From Eledone cirrhosa (lineage: Eukaryota), in NCBI GenBank assembly GCA_964016885.1, contig OZ024741.1, positions 143,840,001 to 143,904,000 of the forward strand: 64,000 nucleotides of DNA, written 5' to 3'. The notes beneath the pieces are model-generated. The model saw nothing but the letters and a program-made list of their open reading frames with translations. It was not told the origin of the DNA and ran no database searches. The number at the start of each line of letters is the position of its first letter. Within the stretch, counting starts at the first letter, position 1. Positions 1 to 12,310 of this stretch are shown one piece after another. The position numbers were made by a program, and so were the translations under genes.

Positions 1-815
1 CACACAAAGAATTTGAGGGGGTTGCAGTCTGGTGAGCTGGGCGGCCAGATGTCAGGTGAAGTGTGGTCGACGAAGTTCTCTGACAGCCAGGCTTGGGTCT
101 TTCGGCTGGTATGGCAGGGCGCTGAGTCTTGCTGCCACACGTACAGCCTACCTGCAGCTACCTGGTCGATCCAGGGCTTTACTACTTCGCCCAGAACGTG
201 GATGTAGCCATCGGTGTTCAGCTTGAGCCCTCAGGGAAGAAGTTAGGTGGCATGACGTTCCCTTGACTGCTGACGACACCTAAGACCAATGTTGTCGCTG
301 GAAACTTTGTCTGCATGTATCTGGGCACGTCTTTCGATGAGACAGCGAGCCACCTGTTGTTCTGGGAGTTGATCTTCTGGTCTTGGCAGAAGTTTTTCTC
401 GTCGGAGAAAAACCACAGCTTGTCTGGCTCCAGTGGGTGTTTCAACTTGTTGATCAGCTTCTTTGCGTGCTTCAGTCGCTTTTCTTGCATCGCCTTTGAC
501 AGAAATTGTCCTTTCCTCATCTTGTATGAAACGTAGCGAATGTCTTCATGTACCACCAGCCTAATGAGCTTTTCGTCCACGCCTTTCTCCCTTGCAATGG
601 CACACATCGACTTGCTAGGTTCATTGTTGATGATATCCTGAACTTCAGCGACGAACTCGGGCGTTCTGAAGGCGTCAGATCATCGATCATGTGTTTTCCT
701 CTCTGATGTTGCTTCATAGTCGAATCCTGAATCTTCCAATTCCTTTCTGACCTTTTCCACCATTCTCCTGCTGACGCTGAGAAAGTCTGAAATTTCTTTA
801 TTTGTCCTCCCGGCG
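1..815 (-). pseudogene. DD37D transposase pseudogene
   Basis: ORF 218..607 has WFFSDEKNF. A frameshift near 228 continues into VWQQDSAPCH...WPPSSPDCNPLK, with 37 residues after the second D and K in place of the third catalytic D. Confidence 0.9.
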
Positions 816-984
816 CGGATTTCCCAAATTTGGAGGTTCAAAATTATTCATAATCAATTATTCTGAAAATAAATAATGGAAATATAGTCACTGTTTTTAT
901 GAAGACAAGAGTGACAAAGGAAGTAAAAAAAATTTTCATAAAATTTGCAGTTGAAAATTGCGAACAAATATCGTCCACACCCTG
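1..984 (-). mobile_element. Tc1/mariner DD37D (maT-like) DNA transposon, left part, inactive; cut by window start
   Basis: Minus-strand TIR CAGGGTGTGGACGATATTTGTTCGCAATTTTCAACTGC ends at 984 next to TA; the same TIR occurs at 58424; transposase remnants lie inside. Confidence 0.9.
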
Positions 985-1057
985 TATATATATATACAGG
1001 GTGTGGACGATATATATATATATATATACATACATTATATATATATATACATACATA

Positions 1058-1255
1058 CATTTATTATGGCTATTGGTGAGCTTTGTTACTCTAAAGTTTC
1101 ACCTGCGCACTTAAAGTATGACCAGTCTTGTCTGATGATCCTGTGAGTACGTAGGTGAAACTCCATGACAAAAAGGCTCGTCACTTAGCCATAATAAATG
1201 AATATTTAAACTCTATTTCGGTATTGAGTTTTCATTCTTATGTCCATCAATAATT
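1058..1255 (+). mobile_element. Fold-back hairpin + tail mini-element with hammerhead core (non-autonomous PLE-like)
   Basis: Imperfect arms ~1058-1111 and ~1146-1200; ttgt-CTGATGA-t-cctgtg-agta-cgtagg-t-GAAA...acaa at 1128-1171; tail hairpin ACTC-tat-ttcg-gta-TT-GAGT at 1210-1229. Confidence 0.65.
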
Positions 1256-1259
1256 CCTG

Positions 1260-1544
1260 TACTGTAAGGTCTTGAATAATGCCCACCCACCTTCGCTTAT
1301 TGATTTTATCCCCTCCCTCCGCTTATTAAACTTTGCTAATCTATCTCCTTCGAAATTTTATTGTGATTCGTATTGATACAGCAGTTGGAGAATCTAATAA
1401 TTTTATTTTACAAAAACATTATATATGACAAAAAAAGAACATCACCTAGAAATCCCATATTTATGAACGTTCACTATACAATTACTGATTTCCCAAGCTC
1501 CAGCCATTATTGCCAAACCTCCTATTATTAGGGACCCGAGAGTA
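1260..1544. mobile_element. Possible degenerate MITE
   Basis: Left end TACTGTAAGGTCTTGAATAAT matches the reverse complement of the right end, TACTCTCGGGTCCCTAATAAT, at 15/21; non-coding. Confidence 0.4.
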
Positions 1545-4457
1545 CCACCAAACTCTCTTCCTCTCTATGTCTATCACACAAAACTCTCTTTTAATCCCCC
1601 CTCTATCTACTACCACCAAACTCTCCCTTCTCTATATCTACCACGACACCGCCTCTCTTATCTCACTCTCTATATCTAAAACCAATACAATCTCCCCTCT
1701 CTATAAATATCTACACTTATCTCTCCCAATCCCTCTCTCTATATATCAATCACTCCTAAGCTCTCTCTATATATATATCTACTACACAGCACTCTCCCAA
1801 TCTACAACCACCAAATTCTCCCCCTCTCTATATCTAACCTACAACACACTCTCCCAATCTCTCTCTCTCTCTTTATATCAATCATCCCCAAACTCTCCCC
1901 CTCGCCACCTCTACCACATGGCACTCTCTCATTATCCCCCCTCATTCTATCCATCACCAGCAAACCCTCACCCCCTCTATACCCAATATACACCACTCTA
2001 TCATAATATTCCTCTGTTTATCAATCACCACCACAAACAGCTGCCCTCTATGTCTTTTACGATACTGTCTCTCCCAATACCCCTCTCTATATTTAACAAT
2101 ATTTATCTCCCCCCTCCCCCGATTATATCTACAAGCATTGAAATCTACCCCTCTCTATATCTACTACACGACATTCCTTCCCAATCCCCCCTCTCTATAT
2201 GAATTATCACCAAACTATACCTCTCTCTATATCTGCCATAACACCTCTCTCTCTCTCATTCCTTCTCATTCTATCCATCACTACCAAACTCTCCCCCTCT
2301 CTATATCTATCAATACCTATCTCTAACAATCCTCTCACTCTATTCATTATCGCCAAACTCTCCCCTTCTCTACATCAACCATACAACACTCTCTCCCAGT
2401 CCCCCTCTATATATCAATTAACACCAAACTATCCCCCTCTCTATATCTACTATATGTGCTGGCTCTCGAGCCACTACTGAGGAAGCTGGAGCTGTTGCAG
2501 GGCATCCCCTTGGAACCGGGATTGCGGAAAGCGGTGTCGGCCTACGCCGATGACGTGACAGTAATGGTGTCGTGCGCCTCGGAAATCGGGCAGATCGGCA
2601 CCTTACTGGAGGAATATGAAAGGTTCACAGGAGCCAAGCTGAACCGGGACAAGTCCGTCGGTTTGCAACTCGGGACGTGGAGGGGCAAAACGATGCCCTC
2701 CGACGGCATCGTCAGACGCTGGACGGAGGGACCGGTGAAGCTGCTCGGGGTCTGGTTCGGACCCGACCTCCAGGTGGAGAAAAACTGGGACGAGGTAACG
2801 GGCAAGGTGTTTGCACTCGCCCAGAAGTGGGCCGAGTGCAAACTATCCCTGAAAGGTCGAGCGGAGGTGGCGAACGCTTATATAGCGTCCGTCATCTACT
2901 ACCGTTTGACCGTCGTGCCTTGCCCAGAGAAAACACTCGCCAAAATGGAGCGCGCGCTCTTCCGATTTCTTTGGAAGAAGCGGGCTCCTTTGGTGAGAAG
3001 ATCCATCTGCTGTCAACACCCTTTGAACGGAGGGCTGGGGATGCCGTGGCTGACGATGCGTAGACACGCATTAAGGCTACGGCACCTCCAGGTATTCCTC
3101 ACCGGTCAGCCGGTGTGGGCCCTGTTTGTGAGGCGAGCCTTTCCGAGACTCGTCTCACTCACCGAGCTGCAATCCTGGGTCAAGCAAAGACCAAGAAAAG
3201 TGGGCGACTGGCACATTGAATGTGCCCAGGCGCTCACGGCCCTCTGACAAGCGGATCCGGCAATCAGGGGAGACTCAACCTCAACATTCTATAGAGGGTT
3301 GGTGCGCAGTAAGTGCGACGACGCTCTCGGAGAGGCTCTGGGCATGGAGGAAGACGAGCTGGCTAGTCTGTTCGGTAGGACGTTTGGCCCGGGACCGATG
3401 GACAACTTCCAAAAGTCCCTGGCTTGGCAATGTTACCGAGGAGCTCTACCCGTTCGGGACAAGCTCTACAGACACGGGCGCCCGGGTAGGGACCCCTCGA
3501 AGAAGATCTGTCCAAGATGCGTGCGTGACGAGGAAACCGTCGCACATGCATTCGTACACTGCCCGGGCGTTGCTGACCTGTGGGGCTATGTAGAACGACT
3601 ACTGTCGCGGGTGGGACCAATCTGGTTGACCACCGAGAACATTGTCACAATCAAACCGCCTCCCCCTTTCAAAAACGAAGGAGAGGCGCTTTTCCTCTGT
3701 GTAATAGCCATGGCGAAAGAAGTTGTATGGTGGACAAGGTTGAAAGGGCTGAGGTCAGACACCTTTCTCTCCGGCCAACAACTGGTCTTTTTTTTCAAGT
3801 ACCACTTTAGAAGAAGGATCAGAATGGAGAGAGAGGTGCTCTACCCCAGCAAGTTTTATGAAAGATGGGTGAAAGTAGCGAGAATGGCCCGAGTGAATGG
3901 GCCTTCTCTCTATATCAGCCTGTAGGTGAGAGAGGAGAAGAATGAGAGAGGAAGGAAGCACCCGCTCTTTGTGCTCCTGAAGAGGAGGGTTGCACATTTT
4001 TTCGGGGGTGTGTGCGACCCATGTCAACGCCCCTCCCTATTGAGGACATCGATTGTTAAATTTAATTTGTTATATGTTTTTTACACGTCTGTTTAAATGT
4101 ATGTAAACTCCCCCCTTTGTATTTGTCCCAATCTTTGATGCCCTGGTGGCAAATAAATATAAATATATATCTACTACACGACACTCTCTTATTCTTCCCC
4201 TCCTTATATCTACAACAACCAACTCTCCCCCTCACTATATCTAATATACAACACTCTCTCTATATATCAACCATACAAAACACTCTGAATCCCCTTCTCT
4301 ATATACATTGCCAACAAACACTACTCCTATCTATATCTACCGTTCAACACGCTCTTTCAATGCCCCTCTCTATATCAATTACCACTATACTCTCCCTCTC
4401 TATATATCTACTACTCGGTACTCTTTTCCAATTCCCCTCTCTATATCAATTAACACT
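1545..4457. repeat. Degenerate C/T-rich minisatellite (about 35/70 bp units, core CCCCCTCTCTATATC), interrupted by a Tx1 copy at 2453-4165
   Basis: Repeated aaactctccccctctctatatcta and ctctcccaatccccctctctatatatca units at 1545-2452 and 4166-4457; a related fragment lies at ~51860-51975. Confidence 0.75.
2453..4165 (+). mobile_element. Tx1-like (L1 clade) LINE, 5'-truncated copy
   Basis: Near-identical to 8429-10143; RT YADD in ORF 2456..3247, stop at 3245-3247, C-terminal CPRC..H...HC finger; 11-bp TSD TATATCTACTA at 2442-2452 and 4166-4176. Confidence 0.93.
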
Positions 4458-4517
4458 TGATATAAACGTGATTTACTTTGCTCCGGATTTTTACGGATTG
4501 TTGTAAAAAAAATAACT

Positions 4518-6064
4518 GTGAGTTTATTGATCAATTTAATAACATTGTTTGGTTTAGCCCCTTGCCTTGGCCGTCAGACGTTAAGTCAACAAATTTTCGC
4601 CCCATTCTGGGGCGAAATTTTCAATTTTCATCTAAAAACTGTAGACTTGGTGGCAATGGATGCCATTTCCACCTCGCACACTGTCGTGAGTGCCACGCCC
4701 ACTAAGAAAAGTGGTGGAGGGAAGGTAGGAGTACAAAGCTTGCAGCCGTCCCCCCTCGCATCATCGAAAAACGTGGAAAATATCGAAACCGCGAAACCAA
4801 ATCCGGCAAATAATACCAGCACCAACAACAAGAACAATGACAACAACACCACAACCAACAACTGCAACAATAGAAACACCAATATTACCAACAGTGACAG
4901 TAACACGAAAGACAACAACACCAAAACAACATTTGCACAGACCGTAAAAAAAAACGAACTATACACGCCAATAGACATAACAAATGCTAAACAACTATTA
5001 CAAGACGCAAAACAATTCGTGACTTTTGGCGAAAACGGTGCTTTTAGCATCAATTCTCCACAGGAATTACGTAGAGAGGCTGTCCTGAAAACTGTGGTTT
5101 TCAGGACAATATCGAACGTAACAAGAAAACCAGCTCAATTATCACAAAATGAAATTGAGCTGGTTCTAAAAGACGCAATGAAGGACTTAACCTTCATACA
5201 AAAAGGTAAACTGTTTGGTAGCATTTCGGTGCTGATGAACAACCAGTCAACAGCTCAAAAGTACTCGATAGCACCCATTGTGTCCCCCCACTTCACCTTT
5301 TACCCCACATACAGGGGAAAAAGGACACAAAGAATAAAAATAATGAGTATCACACCAAATGTAAATATTTGGTGGATACTATGTGGAATAATAAACTTTG
5401 ACGAAGACAAGATAATTTCAATAGGAAAGTCCTCCGGAGGTGTATTTGGCGGGACCACCGTAGAAGTTCTGGTGCAAATGAGCCCAGAACGAATAGCGAA
5501 TATCCCACAACGCGTGCCTCTGGACGGGCTAACTTATATAAACATTTCAGTGGAGGGAAGGCGGCCGTCATGTTACCACTGCTTAAGCAGGGGTCACCTG
5601 AGGGCTGCCTGTCCTCAATTAACGAGTCAAAAAAAAAGGCTCTTCTGCCAACCCCGAACACAACAACACAACCACCACCACCACCACCACCACAACAACA
5701 ACAACACGGAAAAATAACAACACAAAACACTGTTCCACCCAACCCCTCCCCACCTAAAACAAATACAAAAGCAACCATAACAAAACCCCAAGATATACCC
5801 CTCCCCAACAACACGGAAGAGGACTCCGTATCAACGTCACCCAGTGACGATGAGGGAGAACCCTTTCGACAGGTGAAAAGGAAAAAAAAAAGGCACCACA
5901 TTAACAAAAATGCCACAAACACACAGCCACCAGCACAAACAGAACAAACATCACAAATAAAAAAACCCACCCCTCCCCAAAACATAACATGTACTATAAA
6001 ACGCAAACACCCGCAAGAACAACAAACAAAAACAAACACAACAAAAACTCTATACATACATTAA
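4518..6064 (+). CDS. LINE ORF1 gag-like protein, frameshifted at the A-run ~5628-5637 (likely start ATG 4656)
   Basis: CYHCLSRGHLRAAC (CCHC knuckle) after VEGRRPS; Pro/Gln/basic tail continues in ORF 5570..6064. Confidence 0.8.
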
Positions 6065-6469
6065 CAAGAACAATAAAACGTTGATGAAAGCGATAGAAAA
6101 TAACCCTTCGGTGGAAACCGAAGGGATCACTTTCACCTACGCAGCGAACAAACTGCACCTAATGATGATTAGGGTCCCAACGGAAACCTATGTAACTTTG
6201 AAAAAGAACCATCCAATGCATGTGTGGACCAACTGCACCAAACCACATAACAGCGTCCTATTGAGATGTTTCCCCACCCCCACACCAGACACCCACACCC
6301 CACCAAACACCCTAATCCCACCACACACTGATGTCCTCACCCCACCACAAACCACCACCACACCAACAACCCTTCCAACACCCCCATGGAAATTGTGCAG
6401 CCTGGTACCCAGGAGACGAAGAGCTAAGTAATTTCCTTTCCTCTTCCTTTTTACCTATTCAGCACCAAC

Positions 6470-9400
6470 ATGGCCAATATAAGAGTTGGATGTGTGAATG
6501 CACGCGGCTTGGGGATGTCCTGGAAACAGGGCAAACTCTTAAATGACGTCAGGTCGCACAGAGTGGATGTAATGGTTATTTGCGAGTCCAGGATCAGCAA
6601 CGAGCGCCAACTGGCCCCCATCTTCGACGATTTTGAGATCTACGCATCTCTCTGTCAGCCGAGGGGTGGGGGTGGGGTTGTCGTTCTGCTGCGAAAATAC
6701 CTGGGTCTTGCCACACAGAAGGTACACCTGGACCCGGAGGGTCGACTGGTGGTTTTAGACGTCGGCAGTGGTGAAGGTGGAGCTTTCAGGCTGGTGGCAG
6801 CATATGCCCCATCGGGGACACCTCGACCGGACTTCTTCCGACGCCTGGAGAATTTCCTGGGAACGTCTCGCTCCTTGCTTTTAGTGGGGGACTGGAATGG
6901 TATCCTGGATGCACGTTGGGACTATGTAGGGGCATGTCCCGATAGAGGAGGGTGTAACAGCCTCAAACGATTAATCGGCCGGTTTGATCTGGCCGATAGA
7001 TATCGACTGGATTTTCCGACTGTGCCACGGTGGACGTGGAGTAATCGCAGTGGAACATCCAGGTCGTACCTAGATAGGTTCCTAGTTAGAAATAAAGATA
7101 GGGACATATTAAGCTGTCCACGAATGTTCATGGTTGACTATTCGGATCACAAGTTGTTGACCGGAGTGGTCAACCTTGATAGAACTCATAGACAGGGACC
7201 CGGTTACTGGAAGCTAAACTTGTCTTTACCGACAAACAAAGCTTACAGTAAGCGGATTAGCACACTAGTTAAGCAGCGTTTGACGGGGGCAATTGTCAAC
7301 AACAGGTGGTGGGGCTCTCTCAAGAGAGAAATTAGAATAGAATCGATAGGTTTTAGTCGGGAATTAGCATCAGATAGGAATAGAACTGAAAGGGAATTAA
7401 CAAATAGAGTAGAAGAGGCGATTAGGAGTGGCAACGTGGCCGGCGTGCTGGCGTCAAGAACGGCCCTAGACCAGTTCTTTGATGCGAAGCACGAGGGCTG
7501 CGTTGTCAGGAGTAAAATACGTGCTCTGGGTAACGAGGGAGCCAAAGCTGTTAGCTGGGCCCAAGTGACAGAGGCAAAAAGTGGAAACAAGTCCACGATT
7601 CGGTCTTTGAAGGACCAGGATGGACGCGTGATCCTTGAACCTGAGCGGATGAGCGCGGCCTTTCAACGGCGCTTTGCACGACTGTTCGGGAGCGGCGGCG
7701 GGCCGGGTGGGGCCATGGATTTTATACCTCGACGGTCTGGCGTGGCTCTCGGACGGGGAGGCGAAGTCCTGCGAGAGGCCGATTTCAGCCGCTGAAATAG
7801 GGGAAGCGCTGAGCCAATGCAGCAAACGCAAATCTCCGGGTCTCGATGGTCTACCATACAAACTTTATGTAGCGATGCCGGGCTTGTTCTCCGGTCTCCT
7901 CGAGGCGGTCTACTGCAACTGGCAACAGAACGGCAGAATTCCCAGTTCTGTGACCAAGGGCGTAGTCACGCTGGTGAGGAAGGACGAGAACAAGGGGGAT
8001 GACATAGATAACTTCAGGCCCATAACTCTGCTAAACACAGAGTTAAAGATTTTGGCCAAGGTGTTAGCGAAGAGGTTGGCGCTTGTCGTCGGGAACCTGG
8101 TGGGAGAAGCGCAGACATGCGCAATCCCGTCCAGGTCCATACACGACAACCTCCACCTCATGCGATACATCGTAGAGAGGGTAGGGAACGAACCCGGCTT
8201 TGGTGGGGCCCTGATCAACTTGGATCAATCTAAAGCGTTCGATAGGGTTGACGATCGGTACCTGGATACGGTGCTCGTGGCGGCAGGCTTCGGACCCGTT
8301 TTCAGGGGCTGGATTGCTGCAATGCACAGCAGCAACACCTGCTCGAGGGTCAAGGTGAACGGCTACCTCTCGGAGCCGTTCCAAATCACGCGATCCATTC
8401 GACAGGGATGCCCTCTCTCCTCCCTCCTGTATGTGCTGGCTCTCGAGCCACTACTGCGGAAGCTGGAGCTGTTGCAGGGCATCCCCTTGGAACCGGGATT
8501 GCGGGAAGCAGTGTCGGCCTACGCCGATGATGTGACAGTAATGGTGTTGTGCGCCTCGGAAATCGGGCAGATCGGCACCTTACTGGAGGAATATGAAAGG
8601 TTCACAGGAGCCAAGCTGAACCAGGACAAGTCCGTCGGTTTGCAACTCGGGACGTGGAGGGGCAAAACGATGCCCTCCGACGGCATCGTCGGACGCTGGA
8701 CGGAGGGACCGGTGAAGCTGCTCGGGGTCTGGTTCGGACCCGACCTCCAGGTGGAGAAAAACTGGGACGAGGTAACGGGCAAGGTGTTTGCACTCGCCCA
8801 GAAGTGGGCCGAGTGCAAACTATCCCTGAAAGGTCGAGCGGAGGTGGCGAACGCTTATATAGCGTCCGTCATCTACTACCGCTTGACCGTCGTGCCTTGC
8901 CCAGAGAAAACACTCGCCAAAATGGAGCGCGCGCTCTTCCGAATTATTTGGAAGAAGCGGGCTCCTTTGGTGAGAAGATCCATCTGCTGTCAACACCCTT
9001 TGAACGGAGGGCTGGGGATGCCGTGGCTGACGATGCGTAGACACGCATTAAGGCTACGGCACCTCCAGGTATTCCTCACCGGTCAGCTGGTGTGGGCCCT
9101 GTTTGTGAGGCGAGCCTTTCCGAGACTCGTCTCACTCACCGAGCTGCAATCCTGGGTCAAGCAAAGACCGAGAAAAGTGGGCGACTGGCACATTGAATGT
9201 GCCCAGGCGCTCACGGCCCTCTGGCAAGCGAATCCGGCAATCAGGGGAGACTCAACCTCAATATTCTATAGAGGGTTGGTGCGCAGTAAGTGCGACGACG
9301 CTCTCGGAGAGGCTCTGGGCATGGAGGAAGACGAGCTGGCCAATCTGTTCGGTAGGACGTTTGGCCCGGGACCGATGGACAACTTCCAAAAGTCCCTGGC

Positions 9401-9903
9401 TTGGCAATGTTACCGAGGAGCTCTACCCGTTCGGGACAAGCTCTACAGACACGGGCGCCCGGGTAGGGACCCCTCGAAGACGATCTGTCCAAGATGCGTG
9501 CGGGACGAGGAAACCGTCGCACACGCATTCGTACACTGCCCGGGCGTTGCTGACCTGTGGGGCTATGTAGAACGACTACTGTCGCGGGTGGGACCAATCC
9601 GGTTGACCACCGAGAACATTGTCACAATCAAACCGCCTCCCCCTTTCAAAAACGAAGGAGAAGCAGTTTTCCTCTGTGTGATAGCCATGGCGAAAGAAGT
9701 TGTATGGTGGACAAGGTTGAAAGGGCTGAGGTCAGACACCTTTCTCTCCGGCCAACAACTGGTCTTTTTTTTTCAAGTACCACTTTAGAAGAAGGATCAG
9801 AATGGAGAGAGAGGTGCTCTACCCCAGCAAGTTTTATGAAAGATGGGTGAAAGTAGCGAGAATGGCCCGAGTGAATGGGCCTTCTCTCTATATCAGCCTG
9901 TAG
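6470..9903 (+). pseudogene. LINE ORF2 (APE endonuclease, RT, C-terminal zinc finger) with two frameshifts (~7722, ~9770)
   Basis: NARGL, ICES, YAP, GDWNG, YLDRF and SDH in 6470..7795; SPGLDG, FRPITLLN, DQSKAFD, RQGCPLS and YADD in 7674..9788. Confidence 0.92.
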
Positions 9904-10821
9904 GTGAGAGAGGAGAAGAATGAGAAGAGGAAGGAAGCACCCGCTTTTTGTGCTCCTGAAGTGGAGGGTTGCACATTTTTTCGGGGGGGGTGCGACCCAT
10001 GTCAACGTCCCTCCCTATTGAGGACATCGATTGTTAAATTTAATTTGTTATATGTTTTTTACACGTCTTTTTAAATGTATGTAAACTCCCCCCTTTGTAT
10101 TTGTCCCAATCTTTGATGCCCTGGTGGCAAATAAATAGAAATATATATCAATTAACACTAAATTCTTTAGCTCTTTGCACTCTAAATTTTCAGAAAATGC
10201 AATCTGAGTCCAAGCAAGCCATATTACATTTACAGCTTCCAATAATTATAAAATAATTATAGCCAAATGACCTATGAAATCTGTCTCTGAATACACATAG
10301 TAGCAATTGGCAAATAATGATATGTGTAGAAAATGTTGACAACAAAACTTGGAAAGTTAACATAATATATTATGAAATATCAACCAAGATATAACAAAAC
10401 TTCGAAATACGATAAACATAACATGTAGATAAATTGTAGTGCATACACAAATAGATGCGTGTTTTGGTAGTTTGAGGAAAAAATATAATTATTGGGGAGG
10501 GGTGTATATGTTTCACAGACACACACTGAAATAAAGTTCCTGTATTTTTGAATTTTGGGATTGCCACAATAGCTAACTAGCAGATACTTCAAAGTTGCAC
10601 ATGATGTAGGAGGGAAGTGATGGGAGAAGGAAAATGAAAGAATAAATATGAAGGTGCAGTGGAGAGAGAGAAGAGTGGGAGGAAAAGAGGGTTATAAAAA
10701 AGCAAGGAGAGTGTGATTGAGCCTGACCAACCGCTTCCTTTGTCGTGACTTCTGGTGTCCTTGGGCACTGTTGATTTTCTCTGTCTGTGTGTGTATGCCC
10801 AGTATTAATATATATATATAT

Positions 10822-11068
10822 ACTCACCTGATCAATGAAACAATTGTTAATACTAGAAATAAAACCTTTTTGTACAGCCGACCATGTTATTCTTCAATCT
10901 TTCACTACTATTACTCCAAGAATAACCTGCATAGGAATTCTCGCGAACTTGCTACCTAACTAAGGAAACCTCTTGTTGAGTCAAACAACGCTGTACGTTA
11001 AAACTATCCAAAGTACAGAGTACTCACAACCTCTAACTGGATTACCTATAACGATAATTTGTTATCAC
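10822..11068 (+). mobile_element. PLE-like 3' end fragment (half hammerhead, AATAAA, tail hairpin)
   Basis: GAAA-caattg-TT at 10837-10848 (same stem III as the HHRs at 49234 and 51422), AATAAA, then ACTC-caag...cttg-TT-GAGT at 10913-10981. Confidence 0.55.
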
Positions 11069-11078
11069 ATATATATAT

Positions 11079-11407
11079 AATAGGATTTCGCTTCAGCATA
11101 GCTTTATACACTATGTAAAAATATTTCGTATCTCCAAAGAAATACAGTTTTAGGAAGCTAACGCCCTCTAGTGATGTCCAGCAGAAGTAAGGGGGACAAC
11201 CGTCTATGCATTTCAGGCATAACTGACCTTCGTCAGGACGGTCCCTCCCACCGCTTGCGACTGCTGGACTTGAAGACAGGCGAGAATATATACTTTTCTC
11301 TTCTGTGTAAATGAAGCTGCATAAGTTGGCTCAACTTATAATAAAAAAGAAATAGGATTTCACTTCAAGCATAGCTTTGTACGATATGTATAAATATTTT
11401 GTATCTC
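11079..11407 (-). mobile_element. Retrozyme-like unit (272-nt period, ~56-bp terminal direct repeats)
   Basis: Imperfect direct repeats at 11079-11134 and 11351-11407; central HHR flanked by pairing segments gtccagcag/ctgctggac. Confidence 0.75.
11199..11242 (-). ncRNA. Minimal type I hammerhead ribozyme
   Basis: Minus strand: accgtc-CTGACGA-aggt-cagttat-gcct-GAAA-tgca-TA-gacggt; 6-bp stem I, palindromic stem III. Confidence 0.85.
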
Positions 11408-11426
11408 ATATATATATATATATATA

Positions 11427-11722
11427 TCATTTCATCATCATCATTTCATTTTACGTCCGCTTTTTCCCTGCTTGCAAAGGTGGGACAGGAACTGATTCTA
11501 GCTTGCTTTCTACAGCTGGATGCCCTTCCTAACACCAACCTCATTTACAGTGAGTGCTGAGTGCTTTTTTTCCGTGGCACCTCCACGACCACTTCGCAGT
11601 GGAATGATATGGACCCCAGTCCCTATCATCTCATTTCTACAGCTGAGTAAACTGGAGCAATGTGAAATAAAGTGTCTTGCTCAAGGAAACAACACATCAC
11701 CCGGTCTGAGAATTGAACTCAC
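11427..11722 (-). mobile_element. tRNA-derived SINE with RTE-type tail, 5'-truncated at the B box
   Basis: Reverse complement of the 30811-31157 family; (GAT)n tail. Confidence 0.85.
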
Positions 11723-12071
11723 AAGTTTTAATATAGAAGAGCTTCTACAGGACTAGAACTGTTTCATTTGTGATAAATCATCAGGGAGCTGGCTATCCAA
11801 GTAAGTAGTGGTATTTATATCTTTTCTTTTCTGGTGGTAGGAGAGGGTGGGGATTAAATCCTTCAACTAATGACCTATCCCCACCCTCTCCTACCACCAG
11901 AAAAGAAAAGATATAAATACCACTACTTACTTGGATAGCCAGCTGATGATTTCTCACGAATGAAACAGTTCTATTCCTGTAGAAGCTCTTCTATATTAAA
12001 ACTTTTATACTCTGCTATATATTGAGTACATTACTTACTGTGGTTACCTCCGATTCAACCCGGAATAACTT
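11723..12071 (+). mobile_element. Palindromic hammerhead mini-element, copy 1 (arms ~130 bp, 22-nt loop, 67-nt tail)
   Basis: Arms 11723-11854 and 11877-12004; minus-strand HHR 11740-11790 (agctcc-CTGATGA-...-GAAA-cag...ctg-TA-gaagct); plus-strand HHR 11941-11987 has a 4-nt stem I deletion; second copy at 50474-50826. Confidence 0.85.
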
Positions 12072-12147
12072 ATACATATATATATATTATATATTTATAT
12101 ATTTATATATATATATATTATATATTTATATATATATATATATTATA

Positions 12148-12197
<50 letters not shown>

Positions 12198-12310
12198 TTA
12201 TATATATATATATTATATATATATATATATTATATATTTATATATTTATATATATATATATATATTATATATTTATATATATATATATTATATATTTATA
12301 TATATATATA

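Larger units (their letters stand above)
4458..10143 (+). mobile_element. Tx1-like (L1 clade) LINE, full length with frameshifts
   Basis: ORF1 with zinc knuckle, ORF2 APE+RT, 3' AATAAA; 16-bp TSD TATATCAATTAACACT at 4442-4457 and 10144-10159. Confidence 0.93.

Noticed and set aside
1510-2480. 230-aa S/L/P/Y-rich ORF
   Set aside because: It is the translation of the C/T-rich minisatellite.
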